DNA from: the human T2T-CHM13v2.0 reference genome, Homo sapiens
Strand: one strand, 5' to 3'
Length of the DNA: 64,000 nucleotides
NCBI RefSeq assembly: GCF_009914755.1
Contig: NC_060930.1
A program made the position numbers and the translations under genes. Under the pieces are notes generated by a model. The model saw only the letters and a program-made list of their open reading frames with translations, ran no database searches and was not told the origin of the DNA. This document shows positions 1 to 15,068 of the stretch, one piece after another. Numbering within the stretch: position 1 is the stretch's first letter; every line of letters begins with the position of its first letter.

Positions 1-2809
1 TATTACACACCGTGCTGTAGTGAATGCCACATGAAACTGTATACATCACATAGGGACAGATGTATGTCTGCCATTGTGATGGGCTGTGACAATTTACACT
101 TTTGAGCAATACATAAAAACACTTACTAGATGCTTCTCCCCACCCATCCCAGTAGTACTAACAAATTATTGAATCTTTCCCAGTGCTGCAAACATGTTGT
201 CTCATTTAATTCTCACACCAGCCTGTTTACTGGGCGTACAATTGCCGTGGTTCAGAACTGTGCCGTGAGCTCACCTGGCTGGGGAGAGAGGGCTGGTTCT
301 CAAGCAATGGTGTTATGCTGCACTCCCAGTAATCCCTTTATCTTAAATTTGGTTAGGATGTTTCTCTAATCAGATGTGCAGAAGGTTATCATTTTATTCA
401 ATTATATATATATATGTATAAATATACACACAGACGTATACCCTGCCTCTTACAGTATATTTATTCAACCTGACTTTTGAAAGGTTAAAAATAAATTTGT
501 AGCACCTACATATCCCTACTAAAGTACTGAAACTTCCGTTTTATTAATGGGGTTTCCTTTTCTTCTTGGCTGTGGATTTTTAGATAGTTACCTTTAATGT
601 ATTATCAATTTCTGTCTTGATTCCAGGTAATCAGATTTTGTAAGTAAGAAAATATGAGGGGAGGGGCCAAGATGGCCAAATAGGAAAACTTCTGGTCTGT
701 AGCTTCCAACGAGAACAACGCAGAAGGTGGGTAATTTCTGCATTTTCAACTGAGGTACCCAGTTCATCTCACTGGGACTTAGGCAGTGGGCCCAGCCCTC
801 AGAGGGGGAGCAGAAGCAGGGTGGGACATCAATTCACCTGGGAACTACAAGGAGCTGGGGGACCTCCCTCCCCCAGCCAAGGGAAGCTGTGAGCGACTGT
901 GCTACCCAGCCCGGATACTACACTTTTCCCCTGGTTTTTGCAATCTGCAGATCAGGAGCTTCCCTCTTGTGCCTACACCACAAGGGCCCTGGGTTTCAAG
1001 TGGCTGTTTGGGCAGACACTGAGCTAGCTGCAGGAGTTTTTTTCATACCCCAGTGGTGACTGGAACCCCAGCAAGACAGAATCATTCACTCTCCTGGAAA
1101 GGGGGCTGAAGCCAGACAGCCAAGTGGTCTCGCTCAGCAGGTCCCACTCCCACGGAGCCTCGCAAGCTAAGAACCATTGGCTTGAAATTCTTGCTGCCAG
1201 CACAGCAATCTGAAGTTGACCTGGGACAATCAAGCTTTGTGGGCGGAGGGGCATCGCCATTACTGAGGCTTTGGTCGGTGGTTTTCCCCTGACGGTACTG
1301 AGGCTGGGAGGTCTGGACTGGACAGAATTCACCACAGTGTGTCAAAGCAGCTGTGGCCAGACTGCTTCTCTAGATTCTTCCGCAATGGGCAGGGAATCTC
1401 TGAAGGAGGTTAACAGCCCCAGTCAGGGGCTTACAGACAAAACCCCCATCTTCTGGGGACAGAGCACCTGGGGGAAGGGGCAGCTGTGAGCGCAGCTTCT
1501 GTGGATTTAATCATTCCTGCCTGCCTGCTCTGAAGAGAGCAGCTGGTCCTGACAAGAGGGATTCTCCCAGCACAGCGCACCAGCTCTGCTAAGGGACAGA
1601 CTACTTCCTAAGTGGGTCCCTGACCCCCCCTGCCTCCTGACTGGGAGAGACCTCCCACCAGGGGTCAACAGACACCTCATATAGGAGAGCTCTGGCTGGC
1701 ATCAGGCCAGTGCCCCTCTGGGACAAAGCTTCCAGAAGAAGAAGCAGGCAGCAATCTTTATTGTTCTGCAGACTCCACTGGTGACACCCAGGCAAACAGG
1801 GTCTGGGATCTGCAGTGGACCTCCAGCAAACTGCAGCAGACCTACAGAAGAGGGCCCTGACTGTTAGAAGAAAAGCTAACAGAAAGCAACAACATCAATA
1901 TCAACAAAAAGGACCCCCACACAAAAACCCCACCCAAAGGTCATCAGCCTTACAGATCAAAGGTAGCTAAATCCATGAATATGAGGAAAAAGCAGCACAA
2001 AGTGCTGGAAATTCCAAAACCTAGAATGCCTCTTCTCCAAATGATCACAACTCCTCTCCAGCAAGGGCACAAAACTGGACAGAGAATGAGACTGATGAAT
2101 TGACAGAAGTAGGCTTCAGAAGGTGGGTAATAACAAGCTCCTCTGAGCTAAAGAAGCGTGTTCTAACCCAATTCAAGGAAGCTAAGAACCTCGATAAAAG
2201 GTTACAGGAACTGCTAACTACAATAACCAATTTAGAGGGGAACTTAAATGACCTGATGGAGCTGAAAAACACAGCAGGAGAACTTCATGAAGCACACACA
2301 AGTATCAATAGCCAAATGGATCAAGCAGAAGAAAGGATATCAGAGATTGAAGATCAACTTACTGAAATAAGGCGTGTAGACAAGAATAGAGGAAAAAGAA
2401 TGAAAAGGAACTAACAAAGCCTCCAAGAAATAAGGAACTATGTGAAAAGACTAAACCTATGATTGATTGGTGTACCTGAAAGTGATGAGGAGAATGGAAC
2501 CAAGTTGGAAAACACACTTCAGGATATTATCCAGGAGAACTTCCCCAACCGAGCAAGACAGGCCAACATTCAAATTCAGGAAATACAGAGAAAACCACTA
2601 AGATACTCCTCGAGAAGAGCAACCACAAGACACATAATCATCAGATTCTCCAAGGTTGAAACGAAGGAAAAAATGTTAAGCACAGCCAGAGAGAAAGGTC
2701 AGGTTACCTATAAAGTGAAGTCCATCATACTAACAGTGGATCTCTCTGCAAAAACCCTACAAATCAGAAGACAGTGGGGACCAATATTCAACATTCTTAA
2801 AGAATTTTC

Positions 2810-3108
<299 letters not shown>

Positions 3109-3372
3109 AAAGAAAAGAATTTTCAACCCAGAATTTCATATCCAGCCAAACTAAGCTTCATAATCAAAGAAGAAATAAAATCCTTTACAGACAAGCAAAT
3201 GCAGAGGGATTTTGTCACCACCAGGCCTTCCTTATGAGAGCTCCTGAAGGAAGCGCTAAATATGGAAAGGAAAAACTGGTTCTAGCCACTGCAAAAACAC
3301 ACCAAAATATAAAGACCAATGACATTATGAAGAAACTGCATCAACTAATGTGCAGAATAACCAACTAGCATC

Positions 3373-4407
3373 ATGATGACAGGATCACACATAACAATAT
3401 TAACCTTACATGTAAATGGGCTAAATGCCCCAATTAAAAGACATGGACTGGCAAATTGGATAACGAGTCAAGACCCATCGATATGCTGTATTCAGGAGAC
3501 CCATCTCATGTGCAAAGACACACATAAGCTCAAAATAAAGGGAGAGAGGAATATTTACCAAACAAATGGAAAGCAAAAAAGAGCAGGGGTTGCAATCCTA
3601 GTCTTTGATAAAACAGACTTTAAACCAACAAAGATCAAAAAAGACAAAGAAGGACATTACATCATGGTAAAGGGATTAATGCAACAAGAAGAGCTAACTA
3701 TCCTAAATATATATGCACCTAACACAGGAGCTTCCAGATTCATAAAACAAGTTCTTAAAGACCTACAAAGAGACTTAGACTCCCACACAACAATAGTGGG
3801 AGACTGTAACACCCCACTGTCAATGTTGGACAGATCAACGAGACAGAAAATTAACAAAGATATTCAGGACTTGAACTCACCTCTGGACCAAGCAAACCTA
3901 ATGGAAATCTACAGAATTCTCCACCCCAAATCAACAGAATATACATTCTTCTCAGGGTCACATAGTATGTATTCTAAAATTGACCACATAATTGAAAGTA
4001 AAATGGTCCTCAGCAAATGCAAACTAACAGAAATCATAATAAACAGTCTCTCAGACAACAGTGCAATCAAATTAGAAACCAGGATTAGAAAACTCATTCA
4101 GAACCATACAGCTACATGGAAATTGAACAACATGTTCCTGAATGACCACTGGGTAAATAACGAAATTAAGGCAGAAATAATGAAGTTCTTTGAAACCAGT
4201 GAGAACAAAGAGACAACGTACCAGAATCTCTGGAACACAGCTAAAGCAGTGTTAAGAGGAAAATTTATGGCACTAAATGCTCACATCAGAAAGCTGGAAA
4301 GATCTAAAATTGACACACTAACATCACAATTAAAAGAACTAGAGAAGCAAGAGCAAACAAATTCAAAAGCTAGCAGAAGACAAGAAATAAGATCAGAGCT
4401 GAACTGA
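3373..4407 (+). pseudogene. L1 ORF2 endonuclease-domain remnant (344 aa open frame)
   Basis: [27 protein letters not shown] motifs; catalytic N14 and H230 are substituted. Confidence 0.9.
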
Positions 4408-4488
4408 AGGAGATAGGGCCATGAAAAACCCTTCAAAAAAATCAATGAATCCAAGAGCTGTTTTGTTTTTTTTTTAAGAAAAAATTAA

Positions 4489-4614
<126 letters not shown>

Positions 4615-5908
4615 TAGAAACACCTCTACACAAATAAACTAGAAAATCTAAAAGAAATGGATAAATTCCTGGACACATACACCCTCCCAATACTAAACCA
4701 GGAAGAAGTCGAATCCCTGAATAGACCAATAACAAGTTCTGAAATTGAGGCAGTAATTAATAGTCTACCAACCAAAAAAAGCCCAGGACCACAGAGATTC
4801 ACAGCTGAATTCTACCAGAGGTACAAACAGGAGCTGGTACCATTCCTTCTGAAACTATTCCAAACAATAGCAAAAAAGGGACTCCTCCCTAAGTCATTTT
4901 ATGAGACCAGCATCATCCTGATACCAAAATCTGGCAGAGACACAACAAAAGAAGAAAATTTCAGGCCAGTATCCCTGATGACCATCATTGCAAAAATCCT
5001 CAATAAAATACTGGCAAATTGAGTCCAGTAGCACATCCAAAAGTTTATCCACCATGATCAAGTCAGCTTCATCCCTGGGATGCAAAGCTGGTTCAATACA
5101 TACAAATCAATAAATGTAATCCATCACATAAACAGAACCAATGACAAAAACCACATGATTATCTCAATAGATGCAGAAAAGGCCTTCGATAAAATTCAAC
5201 ATCCCTTCATGCTAAAAACTCCCAATTCACTAGGTATTGATGGAACACATCTCAAAATAATAAGAGGTATTTATGCCAAACCCATAGCCAATGTCACAGT
5301 GAATGGGCCAAAGCTGGAAGCATTCCCTTTGAAAACTGGCACAAGACAAGGATGATCTTTCTCACCTTTCCTATTCAACATAGTATTGGAAATTCTGGCC
5401 AGGGCAATCAGGCAAGAGAAAGAGATAAGGGTATTCAAATAGGAAGAAAGGAAGTCAAATTGCCTCTGTTTGCAGATGATATGATTGTATATTTAGACAA
5501 CCCCATCATCTCAGCTCAAAAACTCCTTAAGCTGGTAAGCAACTTCAGCAAAGACTTCAGGATACAAAGTCAGTGTGCAAAAATCACAAGCATTCCTATA
5601 CACCAACAATAGACAAACAAAGAGCCAAATTATGAGTGAACTCCCATTCACAATTGCTACAAAGAGGAAAAAATACCTAGGAATACAACTTACAAGAGAT
5701 GCAAAGGACCTCTTCAAAGAGAACTACAAACCACTGCTCAAGGAAATAAGAGAGGACACAAACAAATGGAAAAAACATTCAATGCTCATGGATGGAAAGA
5801 ATTAATATAGTGAAAATGGCCATACTGCCCAAAGTAACTTATAGATTCAATGCCATGCCCATCAAGCTACCAGTGACTTTCTTTTCAGAATTAGAAAAAA
5901 CTACTTGA

Positions 5909-6040
<132 letters not shown>

Positions 6041-7607
6041 TGATGCCAAAACAGATATATAGACCAATGGAACAGAACAGAGGCCTCAGAAATAATGCCA
6101 CACATCTACAACCATCTGATCTTTGACAAACCTGACAAAAATAAGCAATGAAGAAAGGATTCCCTATTTAATAAATGGTGCTGGGAAAACTGGCTAGCCA
6201 TATGCAGAAAACAGAAACTGGACCCCTTCCTTACAACTTATAAAAAAATTAACTCAAGGTGGATTAAAGACTTAAATGTAAAACCCAAAACCATAAAAAC
6301 CCTAGAAGAAAACCTAGGCAATACCATTCAGGACATAGGCATGGGCAAAGACTTCATGACGAAAACACCAAAAGCAATGGCAACAAAAGCCAAAATTGAC
6401 AAATGGGATCTAATCAAACTAAAGTGCTTCTGCACAGCAAAAGAAACTATCATCAGAGTGAACAGGCAACCTAAGGAATGGGAGAAAAATTTTGCAATCT
6501 ACCCATCTGACAAAGGTCAAATATCCAGAATCTACAAGGAACTTAAACAAATTTACAAGACAAAAACAAACAACCCCATCAAAAAAGGTAGGCAAATGAT
6601 ATGAATAGACACTTCTCAAAAGAAGACAGTTATGCGGCCAACAAACATATTTAAAAAAGCTCATCATCACTCATCATTAGTGAAATACAAATCAAAAACC
6701 ACAATGAGATATCATCTCACGCCAGTTAGAATGGCAGTTATTAAAGTCAGGAAACAACAGATGCTGGTGAGGCTGTGGAGAAATAGGAATGCTTTTACAC
6801 TGTTGGTGGGAGTGTAAATTAGTTCAACCATTGTGGAAGACATTGCAACGATTCCTCAAGGATCTAGAACCAGAAATACCATTTGACCCAGCAATCCCAT
6901 TACTGGGTATATAACCAAAGGATTATAAATCATTCTACTGTAAAGACGTATGCACATGTATGTTTATTGCAACACTATTTACAATAGCAAAGACTTGGAA
7001 CCAACCCAAATACCCATTAATTATAGACTGGATCAAGAAAATGTGGCACCTATACACCAAGAAATACTATGCAGCCATAAAAAAGACTGAGTTCATGTCC
7101 TTTGCAGGGAGATGGATGAAGCTGGACGCCATCATTCTCAGCAAACTAACACAAGAACAGAGAACCAAACGCCGCATGTTCTCATTGATAAGTGGGAGTT
7201 GAATAATGGAACACATGGACACAGGGAGGGGAACATCACACACCGGGACCTGTTGAGGGGTGGAGGGCAAGGAGAGGGAGAACATTAGGACAAATACCTA
7301 ATGCGTGTGGGGCTTAAAACCTAGATGACGGGTTGATAGGTTCAGCAAACCACCATAGCACATGTATACCTATGGAATAAACCTGCACATTCTGTTCATG
7401 TATCCCAGAACTTAAAGTAAAATTTAAAAAAATATACAAATATATATATATAATTCAGTCTGCAAGTTTTAAGATGTTTTGTGGTTGGATGAGATTGTAA
7501 GTGTAAAGCAAATATGTGAAAAATGTGTCCTGTGTTTTATTCCTGTTTGAGCGAAGTGATTTTTTTGTCTACTGAAGATCTTTTATGACAACAGGAATCA
7601 TATTTGA

Positions 7608-7781
<174 letters not shown>

Positions 7782-10700
7782 TGAATATTATCTGCTTTTA
7801 TGTTTTTTATTATTTTATATTAAGTTTGAATAGTGTACTTTATTTTAATTGTCTAAAGAAAGTTACTGTTTAGTTTAAAATACTTCCATTTTTGCTTATA
7901 AAAAGTCCAGAAACAAATTGACGTCTAAATGAGACAAAATTCATCATCTCATTGTTGTCTGGTGATGGAAATGCAAATGCAAATGGATGTGTAAATTTTA
8001 TGGTACTTTACCTTTAAAAATGTTTTTTGAGCTTTAGTTCCCTGGCAGACAGTTGAGAGGTCACCTCCCTGCTGTAAGACCAGTACAACAGAGCACCTAT
8101 GTGTACACACATGCCCTCCCTGGCCCAGAAGAGACATATTCCTTGAGTACTCAGAGTGCTAGCTAAAGGATTTTGAGCATACTGAGACTATGGCAATTAA
8201 AAACATAAACAAATGAACTGAAAACAATGACAATATTTATCACATAAACCCTTTTCTACTTGTTGTCTTATCAATGTCTCTAGCTTAGTTATCAGAATTC
8301 ACTTATAGTACATAGGCAAAGTATGTACATAGTACAAAGATCCATTATTTTATTAAGTGACTTTCTTTTTACTTCTTCATCACATAAAAATGGGGACATT
8401 ATATTGCTTTCTTTAAAAGGTTATGTTATCTGTGAGTCCTATTAGAAGACAGCAAAGGAGCATTATAAAATATGTGTTACAGTGGGGTGCTGGGTCTGAG
8501 ACAGCTGAAGCTGTGTTTATCAACGCACTGTTCGTAGCATCACTATTCTCAGGGGGTAGGCATTTTTATCAGGAAACTTCTATTTCTAGTGGGAGTAATT
8601 TCGGAAAACAGGACAGAGAGATTCAGGCTGAACAGAAAATTTCCAGGGTTCCTCTGACCCTGCCCCGCAGATGGCTCCTGGGAAAGGCTGATTAATCAGC
8701 TGGGTCCGGACTTCTTAAGTCTAAAATATGATGATTTTAAGTCAAGCATGGGATTAGAACAGTGGTTATCAGCCATGGAGGTAATTGCGCCTGTCTCAGG
8801 TTCTTGGGAAGGGAAGGGAATCACTCATCCCTGACGGCTTCCTGGGCTGCCCCTGGGCAGAGGCTGGAAGAGCTTGCGTTCTCTGGGCCACATTGCTAAG
8901 ATTAATAACACGTATGGACACAGTGCAGGGCCTGTGGGATTTTTCACTTACTCCCCACCACTGACAGCCTCAGTTCCGTGTCTGAAGACCGTGTGCCACC
9001 CTCCCTGACTCTGAAGAGCCTTGCACCAGGTTCACAGGCTCCTGGAGACACTGAAGTCTGACCTGGTCGCCAAGCCACTCCCTGAAGGAGCAGAGTGAGC
9101 TCCAGCCCCACTGCCCATTAGCAAATCGAAGTGGGGAACAAAGACAGCTGCTGGGGGACTTGGGCAAATGGCCTGTTTCTGTCCAGCGTAGCCTGGGTGA
9201 TCACTCACAGTGGCGACTTCCTTTGCCTTAATCAGTCAGTGGAGCCATCGCTGACGTTCTTGCCTTTTCTTTCTTGCAGGACGTTGACAAAGGAACGCAC
9301 GCTGACACTCCCACATGAACAGCTGGCTGCTTCCCAGCGTCCTACGGGAGAGCTACCGGCTTCTAGGCAATGCTGCGTGTGATCTGTGGGGGAGCCTGGC
9401 CACTCCTGGAGGTTCCAAGGTCAAAGAAACGCATTCCGGATGCGACGGATTTGATCTTGGAAAGCTGCTTTGAAGATACGATAGCTATTCCCTATTGTTC
9501 ACTTTAAGGCAAACAATGTATACATTTTTCTGTGTCAGGCTCCTCTGTGAAGTTAGTGAAACGGTAGCTTAGTTTGCTCCCATCTCCTGTTCCGCGCTGC
9601 TGGTTTTCGATTGTGCGTCACTGAATTGCCATCAGAAGTCCAGTCCCGACTGCGTGTGCGAGGCCAGGGAGGGAGGTGAGAGGCGGCCTCTCGGACACAC
9701 TCTGCTGTGATCTTTGATTCAGGAGACACCCTCTTTGTTGATGATCCCTAAGAACTAAAGAGAGACTCCAGCATCACCCTTTCTCCTGGTGCCCTGTCCA
9801 TAACTAAGCATCCAGGAATGTCCTCTGCAGGCATTTTCTCTGCTCATCCTCGCAGCAATCCTGTGAAGGAGACGTTTTCTCCATTCTATAGGAGAGGACT
9901 CTGAGGTTCAGAAAACTCAAGTCAGAGAACACGTGAGCTTGGACTCCGTTGCCTGACCCGCGTCGGACTGTAGGCTGCTGTTGCAGCTGTGTGGCTTTGG
10001 GTGCCTGGCCTGGGTGCTATGTGTTCACAAAATGCACTTCCCTTCCACCCTAGGTTCAAGGTGAACTCCGATCCCAGCCTCTCCTGTCAGGCTCAGCAAT
10101 GGAAATGAGCAGAGGGGCCCTTTGTTCCATGCAGGCTGAATCCAGAACCTTCTGAGGACTTGAAGCCCTTTTATGCGGACAGGATGGGAAGTTAAGCGAA
10201 AGTTAACTTCTGTTGGATTAAGACCCTGAAGATTGGGCTTTAACACCTGTTGTGTTACCTGCACTCAAACAAACCAGGGCTCCTTACTCAGCCCTCAGGA
10301 GCCTTGGCATTCTCACCTCTAAAGCAGGAGGAGTCGTGATAACTGCCTTGAGGAATTTGAGCAAAGTTAAATGACCTGAACTATTTGGGCGTGTCTTGAC
10401 CAATGTCCGACCTTGGGAGGTGCTGGATGAATTTTTATTTCTCTACTTTAAGTCAGCCTTTCTACCTTGTTGCTCTTCTCAGCTGCCTTTCTCTGAGCCT
10501 CCTTCATCACTCTGTTCATTTCTGTGAGACAAAGATCATTACAACTGCCTTAATATTTCGGTGCAAGACGCACCGTGACCTGACATTGCTCTACCCCGCC
10601 TCCTGCCACGATCATTCTTTTGTAGCAATATTCCGCCAGCTTCATTTTGTGCAGTGAGTGGAACAAGAGTCAGAACACCAGGGCGGCTGAGCCTGTCGAT

Positions 10701-11181
10701 CAAGCCTCCACCTAACAACAGACATGCCTGAGTCCCACAGTCATAATTAGGATGAAGCTTTTCCCTGGCTGGACCCGGACTGCAGTCACACTGTAAGAGC
10801 TCATCATTCTAGGCCTCTGCCAGTGCGTGTTCAGTCAGAGGCAAGCAGTGGCCCCGGCTCCCAGAAGCATGGGGAGGACTCCTACCAGGGACGGTGGCCA
10901 GAATGGCTGCACACAGCCTTTGCTTCCAAGAAAAAGCATCTCCGCAGGCCCAGGCACCTCTGGCAGCCCTCAGAGCAGGACCCTCTTCAACAAGGTGATA
11001 GCAGAAGGGAAGAAACGCAGAGGTCTGTCTCAGAGATTAGAGCAACACAGAAACTGGATGCCCCCTTTCAGGGGAGAAACACGGGGTTTCACATCAGGAA
11101 CCTGTTGAGGAACTTCCCGTCAGGCCCAGCAACACACCCAGGACCAAACCCCAACAGTGATGACTAAAAAATGTGTGTGGG

Positions 11182-11344
11182 GGCTGGGCACAGTGGTTCC
11201 TGCCTGTCAATCCAGCACTTTGGGAGGCCAAGGAGTGAGGCTCACTTTAGCTCAGGAGTTGGAGACTGGCCTAGGCAGCATAGTGAGGACCTATTTCTAC
11301 AAAATAGTAATAATAATAATAATAATGGTAATAATAATAATAAA
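11182..11344 (+). mobile_element. FLAM/free left Alu monomer with (TAA)n tail
   Basis: GGCTGGGCACAGTGG..CAGCACTTTGGGAGGCCAAGG..; single monomer ending in a TAA microsatellite. Confidence 0.8.
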
Positions 11345-11959
11345 GCTGCATGGCCCCCAAAGGGTCGTGTCCAGCTCTGGATAAACTTGTCTGGTTAGTT
11401 CAGGTTTCATGGCGCGGCATAGAGGACCCCGACCGTTCATCACTCATTGCTGTGTCCCCAGTTGGCTGTGGCCTGAAACTGCCTGGTTTCAGTCAACACT
11501 GTTGCCGTCTTGCATCAGCCATTCAGGGGGTGGGTACCCATGGGAGGGCCTCAGCCAGGACAAAGGTCCACTTCTGTCTAATCGTGTAACTTTAAAATAA
11601 AGCTTTTGTGCAGGGACAGAGTAAACAAACTTTAAATGTGAATTTGCATCAATTGAACATTTACAAGTGTGACACTTTTACCTGGTGGCCCACTGGGACC
11701 AGGACGAAGCAGCTGGAGGGGCCCCAATGTGTGACTGAGAGAGGAATGTGTGGGCAGCCGTAGCGAGGCTGAGAGGTGAGCAGGCTGGGAAAACCCAGCG
11801 AGATGAGCGTGGCTGGAGACCGGCGGAACAGGCAGGCTGTGCAGGGCTTGCATGGGCGAGTGAGGCGCCCGTGCTGGCCAGAACATCATGGCTCTGTGCT
11901 GAGGGAACCACGGTGAGCGACGCCCAGAGACCCAGTCTTGGATCAGGAGCTGTAGTGGA

Positions 11960-12649
<690 letters not shown>

Positions 12650-13197
12650 GTAGAAAGCTGAGAAGTCAGAACAAAGGACTGCCCAGAGGCTGCACGGGGT
12701 GGGGGTGGGGGTGGGGGGGGGGCGTTCACATGGTCCGGAGTCCCCACCCCACCGCGTTTATATCTGGCACACTCTGGAGGACCCATCCATCTGTGTTCAT
12801 GTCTGGCTGTGGCATCTATTGACCATGGGCTCTCAAAGTCACCTAATCATTTTGCATCTCTCTTTTTTCATGTCTAAGACAGGGATAATGATGGCACATA
12901 CCTGTTAATGGCTGTTGTGAAGCTCTGTGTTAAGTTCTTAAGACAGAACTTGTCACAAGTCAGCCAGGCGTCATAATCACCGATGCCATCTCTTAACAAA
13001 CTGGCCTTAACTATGAGCAGAGGGTGCAATGCGGAGGGCTGTGGGGTGCCCAGAGGTGAACAAGATGAGTGCTGTTGTCAGGGAGCTTTCAGTGGGATGA
13101 GGGAGCAGGGCCCCATCACGAAGGACATGGGGGGTTAGGGGAAAGGGGAGCCTTCCGGTGTGGGGGACATGGACAGACCTTCGGAGGAGAAAGGGTT

Positions 13198-13584
13198 GTG
13201 GGTTGAGTTGCATCCCCCGGAAAGGTATGTTGAAGCCCTAACCTGGTGCCTGTGAACGAGCCCTCACTTGCAGAACTGATCAAGTTGAGCTGGGGTCAAC
13301 TAGAGCAGGGTGAGCCTCGAGTTCCATGTGACCAATGTCCTCATGGGAGGAGAGGGGAGCACGGGGAGAAGGTGACCACTTGAGGACGAAGGCAGAGGTT
13401 GGGGTGACGCGTCTACAAACGAGGGTTTCCCCGAACACCAGAGCTAAGAGCAAGGCATTGGCGCCCTCCCGCTGTGGAGTCTGCAGAGGGAGCCTGGCCC
13501 GGCTGACACCGTGGGTGCAGACTCCCGGCCTCCAGGCTGGGGGACAAGAAGTTCCTGTTGTGGCGACCTCAAGAAACTAACACA
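13198..13584 (+). mobile_element. MLT1 (MLT1C-like) MaLR solo LTR
   Basis: TG..GGTTGA..TATGTTGAAG..CCTAAC, GAAGGCAGAG.TTGG.GTGA, GCTGACACC, terminus GAAACTAACACA. Confidence 0.7.
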
Positions 13585-13722
13585 AAGGGGCATTTGAATT
13601 CAGTTGTCCAGGAAGATACAGGTGTTGCAGGGATGGGCTGCCACGTGGGCGGAGGCCTGGATGGGAAGGATTGTGCCAGGCATGGGTTCCCGCAGTGTGT
13701 TCCCCTGGCTGGCAGCGTCGCG

Positions 13723-14024
13723 GCACCTGGGAGTCATTAGGCAGCAAGGGAGGGAATTGCGATTCTGGGCGGGGCTCAGCTGTGCAGATTTTAGCAAGGT
13801 CTCCAGGTGCTTCTGCTGAGGGCCAGAGTTAAGACAGAGCTTAAGACAGAGAACCTCAACAGGAGGCCTGAAGGAAAGCACCTGGGAGTCATTAGGCAGC
13901 AAGGGAGGGAATTGCAATTCTGGGCGGGGCTCAGCTGTGCAGAGTTTAGCAAGGTCTCCAGGTGCTTCTGCTGAGGGCCAGAGTTAAGAAAGAGCGAGAA
14001 CCTCATCAGGAGGACTGAAGGAAA
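13723..14024. repeat. Tandem duplication, 155-bp period (2 copies)
   Basis: copies at 13723-13877 and 13878-14024 are near-identical. Confidence 0.95.
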
Positions 14025-14107
14025 GGAGCCAGGCTGCAGCCCTCTGCCTGCCCTTCCGTGCCATCATCTCCAGGATTAATGAAAGGGCCATTCAGGAAAC
14101 AGCACAG
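13723..14107 (+). promoter_or_regulatory. Candidate distal promoter and non-coding first exon of UNC93A
   Basis: duplicated GC-box/E-box module followed by strong donor CAG|gtgaga at 14107/14108; matching acceptor at 34091/34092. Confidence 0.5.
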
Positions 14108-14261
14108 GTGAGATGTGGGATGGGCTCCGTGGCTGCCTCTGTTTCCTGCCTTCTGTCTGTAAACTTCTGATTCAAGGAGGTGGCGTGGCCTCTCAGGGCA
14201 GTTGTATTTTTGGTTTACAGGCTCGTCAGCCCCCACTTATCTATCATAAGTGGGACACACA

Positions 14262-14850
14262 TATGGGAGGAAAAGTTTCCTTTTCCTTCTACCCATCCTA
14301 GGTTCTCTGGCTGAGGTCCTATAAATTAGAATGGCAAAAGACAGGTTGACAAAATAGAAACAAACAAGGTTATTAACATGCTCATCATGCACACACATGG
14401 GAGCACTCAGCCATGAGTCACTCCAAGGGTTTATTAGAACTTGGGCTGATAGAGCTTCTAAACAAAATAATGACAAATTTTAGAGGAGTGACAAGACAAA
14501 GGAAAAGACCTTTGGGCTTCTAGGGCAGCAAACTGCAGCCAGCTAAACACATGGGAAATGAATGGAGGATAAGGGCTAGTTCCTAGTAGTCAAGTTTGCT
14601 GAGTAGATTCCTCCAGTGCTGTCTCCAGGCTGATAAGGCCTAGACTTGCCCCAGTGATTGGCTTCTGTCCTTCCTGGTAGAGACAGGAGTGGGGACACCT
14701 TCACTAAATTATGTCCTGCTTTTAGGCAAAGAGGGGCAGGAGAGAGAGCTTCACTTATATCTACATCTTAAAAATTGTCTTCAGCTCAAAATGATCCTTA
14801 TGCCAAAGTGGTGTCTTTGGGGGTGGCTGACTCTGCTGCTCTTTACTTAC
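14262..14850 (-). mobile_element. MER39/MER34-family ERV1 LTR
   Basis: TTCAGCTCAAAATGATCCTTATGCCAAAGTGG..GGGGTGG terminus typical of MER34/39 read in antisense. Confidence 0.6.
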
Positions 14851-15068
14851 CTTGAACTCCCACCATCATGGCTGCCTCAGAATCCCACAGGGCATCGAGA
14901 ATGTTCTATGCAAATGGAGAGGCCAGGAGCAGTGGCAGACGTGCAGGTGGCACAAATCTCTGCTCTCAGGCCTGCTCCCGGTCCCAGTGACGTTTAGAGC
15001 ACACGTCCAAAGATATGATGAAGAATTTCCAGGTGGTGACAGCTGAGCATTAGGCCTAGCAAGGGGCC

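Noticed and set aside
3373-4407. 344-aa L1 endonuclease ORF as a domesticated nuclease
   Set aside because: Catalytic N14 reads H (TLHVNG) and H230 reads N (SDN); ORF1 and the rest of ORF2 are disrupted, as expected for neutral decay.
8687-8700. Perfect 14-bp palindrome GCTGATTAATCAGC
   Set aside because: About 4 such palindromes are expected by chance in 64 kb (64000/4^7).
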